Assembly (NCBI GenBank): GCA_027450205.1 | Contig: DAIDJL010000004.1 | Location: forward strand, 75,932-139,931 | DNA length: 64,000 bases | Direction: 5' to 3' | Source: Candidatus Parcubacteria bacterium | GTDB lineage: Bacteria; Patescibacteriota; Minisyncoccia; UBA6257; 2-01-FULL-56-20 | Shown: positions 18,327 to 26,923 of the stretch, in pieces | Numbering within the stretch: position 1 is the stretch's first letter | Layout of the letters: each line of letters starts with the position of its first letter | Notes under the pieces: model-generated | Told to the model about the DNA's origin: nothing | The model's database searches: none | What the model saw: the letters and a program-made list of their open reading frames with translations, nothing else | Translations under genes and position numbers: made by a program

Positions 18327-20732
18327 ATGGCGACCTTTTATTTATTTCTAGGGATCGTACTCGGCGCGGTCATCGTGGCCGTGGCGTTCTTCATCATTCG
18401 TGCATTTGCCCGCCGCCGCATTTTCGACTCCCTGCAGACATCTCTTTTTTTGATAAGGATCCCGAAGGCGGCGCCGGCGGACCGGTCGCCCGCCGGCGGC
18501 GAGGGCAGCGACTTCAAGACGGAGCTTGCGCACTTCGAGCAGCTGCTTGGCGGCCTGTCTGCCATCAAAAAACCGATCGTGTTCGAGGTGGCGGTGCCGC
18601 ATATCGGCGAAGAGATCCATTTTTATATCGGTGTCCCGAAGCTTTCCGCCGAAGTGGCGATGAAGCAGGTCCAGGGATTATGGAACGGTGCGAGCGTTGA
18701 GCTCGTACAGGACGATTTCAATATCTTCAACGCGAACGGCGCGACCGTTGCGGCGTATGTGGCGCAGAAAGAGCATTACGCGCTGCCGGTGCGGACGTAC
18801 GCGGAGCTTGGCGTGGATTCATTCGAGTCTATCGTGGGTGCGTTCGCGAAGATCAGCGAGATCGGCGAGGGCGCATCGCTCCAGCTCGTGGTGCGCGCGG
18901 CATCGGGCGGCTACAAGAAGGAGATCTATCACTATATTGAGGCATTAAAGAAGGGCGAGCCGATCAAGAAAGTTCTGGGTAAGAGCATTGTCTCCGGCGT
19001 CAGCGCGTCCGACGTTGCGGACGTCTTCAATCCAAAAACAAAAGAGGAGCAAGCGGAGGAAAAAGCAAAGCGCGTGGTGGATGACGAGGCGGTGAAAGCG
19101 CTGCAACTCAAAGTGGCGAAACCGCTCTTTGAGGTGAACTTGCGGCTGGTGGCGTCCGCCGGGTCGCCATTCCAGGCAAACGATATCCTGGACGGGCTTA
19201 CGGCGGGGTTCAGCCAGTTCGGCAGCCCGATGCGCAACGATTTTCGGATCGTAAAGCCGCGCAATCCGAAAAATATCGTGAATGACTTCATCTATCGCAT
19301 GTTCGATGACGGAGAAAAAATGCTGCTGTCGAGCGAAGAGATCGCGAGCATCTGGCATCTGCCGATTTCGTCCACCGAGACGCCGCGTGTGAAGTGGCTT
19401 AAAGCAAAGGAAGCCCCGCCGCCGGACAACCTTCCGAACAAGGGCCTTCTTATCGGCGATGCGACGTTTCGCGGGGCGGCAAAGCCGGTGTACATCACGG
19501 ATGACGACCGGCGCCGGCATATATATGTGATCGGACAGACCGGCACCGGAAAATCCACTTTGCTCGGCAATATGATCATTGAGGATATCCAGTCCGGCAA
19601 GGGCGTGGCGATCATCGATCCGCACGGCGATTTGGTGGAGAACGCGCTCGGCTTCGTGCCGAAGGAGCGGCTGGACGACGTCATCTACTTCAATCCCGGC
19701 GACCTCGAGCGCCCGCTCGGGCTCAATATGATCGATTTCAATCCGGCGCGGCCGGAAGAGAAGACGTTCATCGTAAACGAGATGCAGAGCATCTTCAACA
19801 AGCTGTTTTCACAGGAAACGATGGGTCCGATGTTCGAGCAGTACATGCGTAATGCGCTGTTGCTCATGATGGAGGACGCCGCGAATGAACCCGCCACACT
19901 CGTGGAGGTGCCGCGCATCTTTACCGACGTGGAGTATCGCAAGCGCAAGCTCGCGCGTATCCATAATCCCGTCGTCATAGACTTCTGGGAGAAGGAGGCG
20001 GTGAAGGCCGGCGGCGAAGCATCGCTCGCGAACATGACGCCGTACATCACGTCAAAATTCAACAATTTCATCTCCAACGATTATATGCGGCCGATCATCG
20101 GCCAGCCCAGGTCCGCGTTCAACTTCCGCGACGTGATGGATAATAAAAAAATATTGCTTATCAACTTGTCGAAGGGAAAGATAGGGGACATCAATGCCGG
20201 TTTGCTCGGTATGGTCTTCACGGGGAAGATCCTCATGGCGGCACTTTCGCGCGTGGACATTGCGGACGCGGACAAGCGCACCGACTTCAATTTATATATA
20301 GATGAGTTCCAAAACTTCACCACCGATTCCATCGCGACGATCCTTTCTGAAGCGCGCAAGTACCGCCTGAATCTCACGATGGCGCACCAGTTTATCGCCC
20401 AGCTGGAGGAAAAGATCAAAGACGCCGTTTTCGGCAACGTGGGTTCCGAGCTTGTGTTCCGCGTCGGCGTGACCGATGCCGAATTTCTCGTGAAGCAGTT
20501 CGAGCCCGCATTCAACCAGAACGACCTCGTGAACATCGACAACCTCAACGCATACGCGAAGATCCTGATCAACGGGCAGACATCGAAGCCGTTCAACCTC
20601 AAGATCGGCACCACATCATGGGGCGGCGGCAATAAAGAGCTTGCGGAGAAATTAAAGCAATATTCGCGGATGAAGTATGGCCAGGACCGCCAGGCGATCG
20701 AGGATGATATTTTCAGGAGGCTGCGTTCGTAG
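18327..20732 (+). CDS. Fused membrane-anchored N-domain + TrwB/TraD/VirD4-type (FtsK-HerA superfamily) P-loop ATPase
   Basis: N-terminal TM helix; GQTGTGKST Walker A, IIDPHGD, VIYFNPGDLERPLGLNMI, LYIDEFQNF Walker B, LTMAHQFIAQL; N-terminal half homologous to 55031-56353, C-terminal half to 56381-58111. Confidence 0.7.
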   Translation: MATFYLFLGIVLGAVIVAVAFFIIRAFARRRIFDSLQTSLFLIRIPKAAPADRSPAGGEGSDFKTELAHFEQLLGGLSAIKKPIVFEVAVPHIGEEIHFYIGVPKLSAEVAMKQVQGLWNGASVELVQDDFNIFNANGATVAAYVAQKEHYALPVRTYAELGVDSFESIVGAFAKISEIGEGASLQLVVRAASGGYKKEIYHYIEALKKGEPIKKVLGKSIVSGVSASDVADVFNPKTKEEQAEEKAKRVVDDEAVKALQLKVAKPLFEVNLRLVASAGSPFQANDILDGLTAGFSQFGSPMRNDFRIVKPRNPKNIVNDFIYRMFDDGEKMLLSSEEIASIWHLPISSTETPRVKWLKAKEAPPPDNLPNKGLLIGDATFRGAAKPVYITDDDRRRHIYVIGQTGTGKSTLLGNMIIEDIQSGKGVAIIDPHGDLVENALGFVPKERLDDVIYFNPGDLERPLGLNMIDFNPARPEEKTFIVNEMQSIFNKLFSQETMGPMFEQYMRNALLLMMEDAANEPATLVEVPRIFTDVEYRKRKLARIHNPVVIDFWEKEAVKAGGEASLANMTPYITSKFNNFISNDYMRPIIGQPRSAFNFRDVMDNKKILLINLSKGKIGDINAGLLGMVFTGKILMAALSRVDIADADKRTDFNLYIDEFQNFTTDSIATILSEARKYRLNLTMAHQFIAQLEEKIKDAVFGNVGSELVFRVGVTDAEFLVKQFEPAFNQNDLVNIDNLNAYAKILINGQTSKPFNLKIGTTSWGGGNKELAEKLKQYSRMKYGQDRQAIEDDIFRRLRS

Positions 20733-20738
20733 GGTGTA

Positions 20739-20766
20739 TTGACAGAATAATGATATATGCTATACT
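20739..20766 (+). promoter_or_regulatory. Sigma70-type promoter TTGACA-16-TATACT
   Basis: consensus hexamers directly after the upstream stop codon. Confidence 0.6.
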
Positions 20767-20772
20767 GATAGC

Positions 20773-21038
20773 AGTATTATTTTTTTGGCTGGGCATTTTA
20801 GGGCTGTGTGTTCGCCGAATGATATTCTGGAATATCATTATCCGATGTCCATGCAAGCGTGCGCCTTGCCAATATGCGCACTGGTGAGGGAGGCGGGGCT
20901 CTCACTAACTTTGCCAACCGGCTGGACAATGGGTCAAGACCGGACCCTATCACCGATTTCCAGGATCGGGGATCCGTCCAAACTTCGCAGCATGCCGCAA
21001 GGGCAGCCACATTGGTGGCTGCCCTTTCTTATTTTCAG
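20773..21038 (+). ncRNA. Candidate structured small RNA (promoter-to-terminator transcript without credible ORF)
   Basis: bounded by consensus promoter and strong terminator; multiple internal hairpins; 10-bp perfect palindrome aatgatattc-tg-gaatatcatt at 20818-20839. Confidence 0.4.
21001..21038 (+). terminator. Rho-independent terminator (10-bp perfect stem gggcagccac/gtggctgccc + TTTCTTATTTT)
   Basis: direct reading. Confidence 0.8.
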
Positions 21039-21057
21039 CTCTTTCAATTCGCTATGT

Positions 21058-21087
21058 TTGACATTTCTTGTGTTCGTGTTATATAAT
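21058..21087 (+). promoter_or_regulatory. Sigma70-type promoter TTGACA-16-TATATAAT
   Basis: consensus hexamers; followed by AGGAGG SD and ATG 21123. Confidence 0.5.
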
Positions 21088-21122
21088 ATTCATCGGAACC
21101 TAATATATGCAGGAGGGGTGAG

Positions 21123-21584
21123 ATGGTCCAAAAGGCAATCCCTATTTGCGGAATTCCGGCGCGTGTTCGTCGCTGGGAATATTTACAGCAGCGGGCGTCT
21201 TTTGGGAATCTGCGCATCCCCGAAAGACTACTGAAACAAAAAGCGAGCGCCGATGCCCTCTTGAAGCTTTTTCAAGAGAAAAAACGCCGGCAAAAATTTT
21301 TGGATCAAGCACTGCATCGGTATAGCATCGTTTGTAACCAACTCGAGCAAATCTTGATCCTCTCCGATAGGATGAAGATCCTGGAGAGGGAGTTTCTCGC
21401 AATACCGTTCCGCGATGACATTTTCGAGAAGCAAAGGAGGCTTCGTTCGTTATTTTCCACGTGCAGGGGCCAGATTCGGGAAGGGAACGTGGCGGGTATC
21501 CAGTCTGCGATCGGTGAAATAGAAGCGGAACTCGCGGGCGTCAAAGTAAGCTATTTCCCCAGACGCATCGCTTCGGCAAAATAG
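21123..21584 (+). CDS. Hypothetical protein (153 aa)
   Basis: own promoter, SD and terminator; no recognisable domain. Confidence 0.5.
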   Translation: MVQKAIPICGIPARVRRWEYLQQRASFGNLRIPERLLKQKASADALLKLFQEKKRRQKFLDQALHRYSIVCNQLEQILILSDRMKILEREFLAIPFRDDIFEKQRRLRSLFSTCRGQIREGNVAGIQSAIGEIEAELAGVKVSYFPRRIASAK

Positions 21585-21600
21585 TTTCGTGGTCAAAACC

Positions 21601-21646
21601 GACGACGGGTTGCATGCAGTAATTGCATACCCGTCGTCTTTTTTTT
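21601..21646 (+). terminator. Rho-independent terminator (gacgacgggt ... acccgtcgtc + T8)
   Basis: direct reading. Confidence 0.8.
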
Positions 21647-21687
21647 GCGTGCGTGAATAGTTCCGGATATTTTGATAAACTAGGAGC

Positions 21688-22782
21688 ATGATCAAATATC
21701 TCAGTGCGGCCGGTCCGAAGGCGCTTGCGGGAACGGCATTGCTCCGTCTCGATTTTAATACCAAAGACGACTGGCGGATGCGTGCGGTACTTCCGACCAT
21801 TGCGCTATTATTGAAGCATTCGGGGAGGATCGTGGTCGTGAGCCATCGGGGCCGGCCGCAGGGGTTCGATGGGGCATTGAGCCTTCGCGGCGACGCGGTA
21901 AAGCTTTCAAGACTGCTTGGCGGAAAAAGAGTGACGTTCATCGACCATTTCCGTTTTGCGGAAATAAAGGCGCAGGTGGCCGCCGCGCCGCGTGGTTCGA
22001 TCTTCCTGCTCGACAATCTGCGATTCCTGCCCGGCGAGGAGAAGAACGATCCGGCGTTGGCGAGGCGGCTTGCCTCACTTGCGGATTTCTATGTGAATGA
22101 CGCTTTTGCCGTTTCTCATCGGGCGAATGCCTCGGTTGTCGCCGTTACGAAATGCTTGCCGAGCTATGCGGGCATTGAAATGGAAAATGAGATCGTGTCG
22201 CTCGGGAAGGCGACCATGCGGCCAAAGCATCCGGTGGTGCTCGTGCTCGGCGGCGCAAAGGCGGCTGATAAGCTCGGGGTCATTTCATATTTCAAGAATA
22301 AGGCGGACTGGTTCTTGCTCGGCGGCGGGAGCGCGAACACGATCCTGTGGCTGAAGGGGGTTGATGTCAAGAGATCCGTTAAGGACAGCGATCCGGATGA
22401 GCTCCCGGCGTTAAAGAAGGTCGCAGCGTATAAGAGCGTGATCTCGCCGTCGGATTTCGTGTGGAACAAGGAAATGATCCTGGATGTCGGCCCGAAAACC
22501 GTGCGCGCTTTCAGTAAAAAGATCGCAACGGCGCGGACGGTGATCTGGAGCGGTCCGCTCGGTTTTATTGAAAAAAAGCAGTATGCCAAGGCGAGCATCG
22601 CCATTGCGCGGGCGATCGGCAGGAATCGCCGCGCGTTTTCCATTTCCGGCGGCGGAGAGACCGTGATGTTCCTCAAGCAGTACAAGCTTGATAAAAAGTT
22701 CAGTTTTATTTCCACCGGCGGCGGCGCCATGATAGATTATTTGGCGGGCAAAAAATTACCCGGCATTGAGGCGCTGAAATAA
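21688..22782 (+). CDS. pgk: Phosphoglycerate kinase
   Basis: RLDFN ... SHRGRP, FYVNDAF.VSHRANAS, LGGAKAADK, GPLGFIE motifs. Confidence 0.9.
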   Translation: MIKYLSAAGPKALAGTALLRLDFNTKDDWRMRAVLPTIALLLKHSGRIVVVSHRGRPQGFDGALSLRGDAVKLSRLLGGKRVTFIDHFRFAEIKAQVAAAPRGSIFLLDNLRFLPGEEKNDPALARRLASLADFYVNDAFAVSHRANASVVAVTKCLPSYAGIEMENEIVSLGKATMRPKHPVVLVLGGAKAADKLGVISYFKNKADWFLLGGGSANTILWLKGVDVKRSVKDSDPDELPALKKVAAYKSVISPSDFVWNKEMILDVGPKTVRAFSKKIATARTVIWSGPLGFIEKKQYAKASIAIARAIGRNRRAFSISGGGETVMFLKQYKLDKKFSFISTGGGAMIDYLAGKKLPGIEALK

Positions 22783-22796
22783 GCCATTATAATAAT

Positions 22797-23705
22797 ATGA
22801 AAAGATCCCTCATAAAAAAATCATCGTCCACGGCAGGTGTCCCCAGACAGAAAATCATAGTTATCTATCACGGCAAGTGTCCCGACGGGTTTGGCGGCGC
22901 ATGGGCGGCGTGGAAGAAATTCGGCGCCGCAGCGGCATATGTTGCGGCGCGCGACCGCAGCGGCCCGCCGTTCCCGATCAAAAACAAGATCGTCTATATC
23001 ATCGACTATACCTATGATGCGCCGATCATCAAAAAGCTTATCAAAGATAATATCCGCGTGACGGCGATAGACCATCATATCAGCCAGGCGGAGTCCGTAA
23101 AACTCACCGAAAAATATCTGTATGATGTAAAACATTCCGGCGCGACGCTTGCGTGGCAGTATTTTCATCCCGGCAAAAAAATGCCCCAGCTCCTGCGCTA
23201 TGTGGAAGACCGCGATATTTGGAAGTGGAATGTGCCGCATGCGCGTGAAATGCTTATGCTCATCGATCTTGCGCCGTTCGAGTTCAAGGCGTGGAGCCGG
23301 CTTGCGAAAGATATTGACGACCCGCACACGCATGCAACGTATATAAAGAAAGGCGCGCTGCTCGCATTGCATTACCGCTCGCTCTATGAAAAGCTTTTGC
23401 CGAATGCCGAGCCGGTGCGGTTCGCGGGGCACAAGATCTATGCGCTCAACTGCCCGTATTATTTTGCGGATGACCTCGGGCATGAGCTTGCCGCCAAAAC
23501 GAAGACCTTCTCGCTCTTATGGAACGAGTCCGGCGGAAGGATCCGCGTCTCGCTCCGCTCCGCGGGCAGGATAGACGTCGCAAAGATCGCAAAAAAATAT
23601 GGCGGGGGAGGTCACAAGCAGTCGTCCGGATTCTCGTTCCGGGTCGGCGCGAAAACACCATGGAAGCTGTTGCCGGCGGCTTTTAGCAAGGAGCGCGCTT
23701 CGTAA
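22797..23705 (+). CDS. nrnA: DHH/DHHA1 phosphoesterase (NrnA-like oligoribonuclease/pAp phosphatase)
   Basis: DHH motif (AIDHHIS), C-terminal GGGH motif. Confidence 0.8.
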   Translation: MKRSLIKKSSSTAGVPRQKIIVIYHGKCPDGFGGAWAAWKKFGAAAAYVAARDRSGPPFPIKNKIVYIIDYTYDAPIIKKLIKDNIRVTAIDHHISQAESVKLTEKYLYDVKHSGATLAWQYFHPGKKMPQLLRYVEDRDIWKWNVPHAREMLMLIDLAPFEFKAWSRLAKDIDDPHTHATYIKKGALLALHYRSLYEKLLPNAEPVRFAGHKIYALNCPYYFADDLGHELAAKTKTFSLLWNESGGRIRVSLRSAGRIDVAKIAKKYGGGGHKQSSGFSFRVGAKTPWKLLPAAFSKERAS

Positions 23706-23727
23706 CCTCGCCATTGTGCCGCATATC

Positions 23728-24378
23728 ATGCCTGCAAAAAAGAAAAAATTTTATGCTTATTTCGTCCCGTCCTCCGGCGCAAAGGCGGCCGGTGCGGCGG
23801 GAAAACAAGGCATCACCGATGATTGGGCGGTGTGCGAGGAATTCGTTTCGGGCAAAGCCGGCGCGCGGTTCAAATCGTTCGACAGTAGGAATGATGCGGA
23901 GGCATGGCTTAAGCACGGCGCGCAGTATGAGGTAAAGGCCGCGGAGCCCGCGCCGCGGCTTGAGCGCGGCATTTATTTCGACGCGGGTACCGGCCGCGGC
24001 GCGGGAGTGGAGATCAGCGTGACCGACGAGCGCGGAAAAAACCTTTTACATAAAGTGATCGCGGCGAAGGGGTTGAACAGGTTTGGCAAGCATTTGCTTA
24101 ACAACGACGATGCGACCAATAACTATGGCGAACTGCTTGCGCTCAGTTACGCTCTTGTGATCGCTCGTGAGACGCACATCAAAAAGATCTTCGGTGACAG
24201 CAGGCTGGTCATAGAATTCTGGTCGCGGTGGCGCATGAAACGGAAAGCGCTGCCGGAGGAAACGGTTGCGCTCGCGGATGAGGTATCGCGCGCGCGAGAG
24301 GCGTTCGAGAAGGCTGGCGGGAGCGTTGAAAGGATCTCCGGCGATTTTAATCCCGCCGATCTTGGATTCCATAGGTAG
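23728..24378 (+). CDS. rnhA: Ribonuclease HI with N-terminal hybrid-binding (Cauli_VI-like) domain
   Basis: KKFYAYF ... DWAVCEEFV HBD; DEDD RNase H core (GIYFDAGT ... NNYGEL ... DS ... DFNPADL); start set at MPAKKKK. Confidence 0.8.
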   Translation: MPAKKKKFYAYFVPSSGAKAAGAAGKQGITDDWAVCEEFVSGKAGARFKSFDSRNDAEAWLKHGAQYEVKAAEPAPRLERGIYFDAGTGRGAGVEISVTDERGKNLLHKVIAAKGLNRFGKHLLNNDDATNNYGELLALSYALVIARETHIKKIFGDSRLVIEFWSRWRMKRKALPEETVALADEVSRAREAFEKAGGSVERISGDFNPADLGFHR

Positions 24379-24443
24379 TTGTGGTAGTGGATAAAAAAAT
24401 CGGCGGACGCATCATGATAGATGCGACCGCCGGGCCTTTCCTG

Positions 24444-24773
24444 CTATGTATGCCGTCTTTTGACCGCCTTTGGCATAAAGAGGGTGTGGAGATCGACGTC
24501 GAGCGCCACCGCGATGCGGATAAGTTCGCCAAGATCGGGATTTCCGTTTCCATCTTCGATGTCCCGAAGCGCATTGAGGGTAATGCCTATCCGGCGCGCG
24601 AACTCTTTTTGCGTAGGGGATGATCTCTCATCGCCGCCAAGGTGCCTTCGTCCATACCAGACGTTTTGTGCGAGTATATCGCTTGGTCCGGGGAGTGATC
24701 GCGGGCGGATGCGCGGAAGAGGTTCCGGTTCTGGTGCGTGGATCTCGGGTTTTTCGGGCGGGTGGTGTGGCAA
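24444..24773 (-). CDS. XRE-family helix-turn-helix transcriptional regulator
   Basis: SPTQKEFARRIGITLNALRDIEDGNGNPDLGELIRIAVALDVDL. Confidence 0.65.
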   Translation of the reverse strand: MPHHPPEKPEIHAPEPEPLPRIRPRSLPGPSDILAQNVWYGRRHLGGDERSSPTQKEFARRIGITLNALRDIEDGNGNPDLGELIRIAVALDVDLHTLFMPKAVKRRHT

Positions 24774-24841
24774 GATTTTTGACTCCGATCAGTGAGATAA
24801 AAAGCAGACCTTATGATATATCATTGATCCGGTATGTCAAT

Positions 24842-24875
24842 AAAAAAAGCCGGCGCTGGGGGATGGCGCCGGACT
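24842..24875 (-). terminator. Hairpin terminator (gccggcgc/gcgccggc) followed by T7 on the minus strand
   Basis: direct reading. Confidence 0.5.
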
Positions 24876-24897
24876 TTGGTGGGTGAGAGATCGGCGA

Positions 24898-25266
24898 TCA
24901 TTCGCCTTCGACAAATACAATGTGGATCCCCGCGCGAAGGAGATCCTCCAAAATGACCGCGGCGCCGCATGTCATCTCTTTTCCGTTCAGTCGGAACGAC
25001 AGATCGTAGCCGAATGTCCTGGCGAGCCGATAGAGCGTCTGGACGGTGACATGCTTTTTTGTGTGCATGCCTCGTTCGATGTGAACGAGGGTTTTCAAAG
25101 AGACCCTTGACCATCGCGACAGCCAAAGATTGCCAAACCCCCTGTTGCGCAGCACGTTGTTGAGTGTACCCGCCAATTCATGGCGCAGATAGCACTGTTT
25201 GTCGACACTGACATCCTTTGTTCTTTCGGGAAAGGTTCCTGCAATTTCGATCGCTACATCGGACAT
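24898..25266 (-). CDS. XRE-family helix-turn-helix transcriptional regulator
   Basis: LSRWSRVSLKTLVHIERGMHTKKHVTVQTLYRLARTFGYDLSF; start set at MSDVAIE (ORF track extends to 25344 into the rnpB promoter). Confidence 0.65.
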   Translation of the reverse strand: MSDVAIEIAGTFPERTKDVSVDKQCYLRHELAGTLNNVLRNRGFGNLWLSRWSRVSLKTLVHIERGMHTKKHVTVQTLYRLARTFGYDLSFRLNGKEMTCGAAVILEDLLRAGIHIVFVEGE

Positions 25267-25337
25267 TTTTTCTCCCTTCAGAATACGCCACCGTGGCGTT
25301 ACTATGCCGCTTTTTATCGTACAAATAAGCCCCACGA

Positions 25338-25366
25338 TTGTCAATAAATTTGTGATGTGCTACAAT
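25338..25366 (+). promoter_or_regulatory. Sigma70-type promoter TTGTCA-17-TACAAT for rnpB
   Basis: consensus hexamers ~7 nt upstream of predicted P1 5' strand. Confidence 0.6.
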
Positions 25367-25372
25367 ATTTCT

Positions 25373-25835
25373 GCTGGTCATTCAGACGGTCGCTGCGCCA
25401 TGCGATGCCCTTAAAAGCAGAGTTCGCGCAGAGGAAAGTCCGGACACCCTCCGGTGTCGCCATAACCGGCGCCGGATAAAAAGGTAGCGGCTAACGGCCG
25501 CCGTTTGCAAGAATAGAGGTGCGAGCAGTGACGCCCGCGGACGCATGTCCGCTTGATAGGCCGGAAACGGCCTGGGGGACCCCATCCCGAGCTAGAAGGT
25601 CCAATTCCGCCATAGGGACAAAAAAGCGGAAGTGAAACGGCAAAATCCTTACTGGGTGCAAGGCCGTGCTCTCGTGCGATCCGCAAGGAAAATACGGGAG
25701 AGTGCCGCAGCGGTTCCGCGCGCAAGCGCGGCACCCGAGCCCGCGAGCGATCAAGGGCACAGATAAATGACCGTCCATCGGTGAGCGCTTTTACCGGCGC
25801 CGCCGGTCGACAGAATCCGGCTTATGGATTGCCAG
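25373..25835 (+). ncRNA. rnpB: RNase P RNA (bacterial type)
   Basis: GAGGAAAGTCCGG (P4 5' strand), GGAAGTGAAACGG, AGATAAATGACCGTCCA and ACAGAATCCGGCTTA (P4 3' strand) universal elements; P1/P2 pairing between 25373-25399 and 25821-25835. Confidence 0.8.
25818..25835 (+). repeat. DR0: native 3' end of rnpB (GCTTATGGATTGCCAGCC), prototype of the islet direct repeat
   Basis: exact/near-exact copies at 26224, 28204, 29629, 31421. Confidence 0.85.
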
Positions 25836-25870
25836 CCTTAGACGTCCCAGCAATGGGGCGTTTTTGATTT

Positions 25871-25898
25871 ATTTGACAGTTCTTATAGATATGCTATA
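25871..25898 (+). promoter_or_regulatory. Sigma70-type promoter TTGACA-16-TATAAT (islet A)
   Basis: consensus hexamers just after the rnpB terminator. Confidence 0.6.
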
Positions 25899-26223
25899 AT
25901 TCTCAACAGTTCCTAAGACGGCTACGGTCTAAAGAACTGCTTTACGAGCGCTTCAGTGGCCGTTCCAAAAGACGTTTCTCGGTCTGCGGGATGTAATACA
26001 GGGATACTTCGGAAGCATGACGACTTCTTGGTGCCCGAGGGAATCTGTCGAAGTCAATCTGCGAGTGGTAGGAAAACCATCTCGCAGATGGCATCATATA
26101 TCTCATACATAAAAGGGCGCACCAGCACTATCTGGAGCGCCCTTTATCTTTTGTATATATTTCGAGCGGGGACACTGAAATCATTAAACCTGATTAAATA
26201 GCCGTTCCCCTTAAGTGAATCCG

Positions 26224-26241
26224 GCTTACGGATTGCCAGCC
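26224..26241 (+). repeat. DR1: GCTTACGGATTGCCAGCC (1 mismatch) with upstream ATCCG extension; followed by terminator hairpin
   Basis: direct reading. Confidence 0.85.
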
Positions 26242-26271
26242 TGAAACGTCCCAGTAATGGGGCGTTTTTGT

Positions 26272-26300
26272 TTGACTAGCCTCCAATATTTTTCTATAGT
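26272..26300 (+). promoter_or_regulatory. Sigma70-type promoter TTGACT-17-TATAGT (islet B)
   Basis: consensus hexamers; SD AAGAGGTGAGG + ATG 26326 follow. Confidence 0.55.
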
Positions 26301-26325
26301 CTACGCAGCAGAAAAGAGGTGAGGT

Positions 26326-26799
26326 ATGATTGGAGTTCAACCGAAAATTGATAAACCATACGCGGAAATTGACCGACGGGGCGGTCGTGCTGCTATTGTC
26401 GAGCCAAGCGGCAAGCTCTGGATTGTGGACATTGCTGACGGGAACCCGCTTCAGGACGGCGAAGGTGTCCATATGGGAATGTTCCTACAACCGGGGATGA
26501 CGCGCCTTGAGTTCAAGGAAGCTGGCGAATTCCCATTTGTAGCACTCATCAATTACATACGGCAGGCCTATTTTCAGGAGAGCTGCCTTATGATGGTCCT
26601 GTTGGCCATTGACCCTCATCTTGGTAGCGGGCTTCGTACGGAGGCGCTCACTATGGCAACAGCGTTTATGAAAACACCCGGTACCAAGGACTGGATTGTC
26701 CAGCGATTGGCCGAGATGCTCCCGAATCTGGACGCCGATGTCGCAGGGTTGCCCCATTGCCAATTGAAGACGCTCCTTCGGGGAGTGCAGCAAAACTGA
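26326..26799 (+). CDS. Hypothetical protein (157 aa), islet B cargo
   Basis: strong SD, own promoter, ends before conserved terminator module. Confidence 0.55.
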   Translation: MIGVQPKIDKPYAEIDRRGGRAAIVEPSGKLWIVDIADGNPLQDGEGVHMGMFLQPGMTRLEFKEAGEFPFVALINYIRQAYFQESCLMMVLLAIDPHLGSGLRTEALTMATAFMKTPGTKDWIVQRLAEMLPNLDADVAGLPHCQLKTLLRGVQQN

Positions 26800-26804
26800 C
26801 GCTA

Positions 26805-26886
26805 GGGGCGCGCCAGCAATAACCGGTGCGCCCTTTCTCTTTGCCCAACACTCAATAACCCCGTCTAAAAAGCGGGGTTTTTAGTT
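26805..26886 (+). terminator. Conserved double-terminator module M1 (GGGGCGCGCC-AGCAATAA-CCGGTGCGCCC TTTCTCTTTGCCCA ... CCCCG-N-CGGGG TTTTTAG)
   Basis: near-identical modules at 28844 and 30778; variants at 26118 and 29584. Confidence 0.7.
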
Positions 26887-26923
26887 GGGGATGTGCGGGA
26901 AAGCTGCAGGTGGGGGCTACCTT

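Noticed and set aside
20773-21038. tmRNA (ssrA) as identity of the non-coding transcript
   Set aside because: There is no tag-peptide reading frame ending ...ALAA-stop, and no tRNA-like 3' end with a GGTTCGAATCC-type T-loop and CCA.
20785-21234. 149-aa ORF (and 75-aa ORF 20859-21086) between the 801-aa gene and the 153-aa gene
   Set aside because: Both read straight through a 10-bp-stem intrinsic terminator and the following promoter, and lack an RBS. The interval is better explained as a non-coding transcript plus a separate downstream gene.
24821-25126. 101-aa minus-strand ORF overlapping the XRE regulator gene in another frame
   Set aside because: It is out of frame with the HTH-encoding ORF, and the XRE domain alignment supports the 24898-25266 frame.
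24898-25344. C-terminus of a tyrosine integrase adjacent to rnpB (initial impression from LRHELAGT / TLYRLA)
   Set aside because: The spacing and sequence fit a Cro/C1-type HTH (LS..S.VS..T...IERG......TL..LA..LG..L) rather than the integrase R..HGH..Y box. The protein is only about 120 aa.
25956-26201. 81-aa ORF inside islet A
   Set aside because: It spans the terminator hairpin, has low-complexity composition and no SD, although neighbouring islet genes all have strong SDs.
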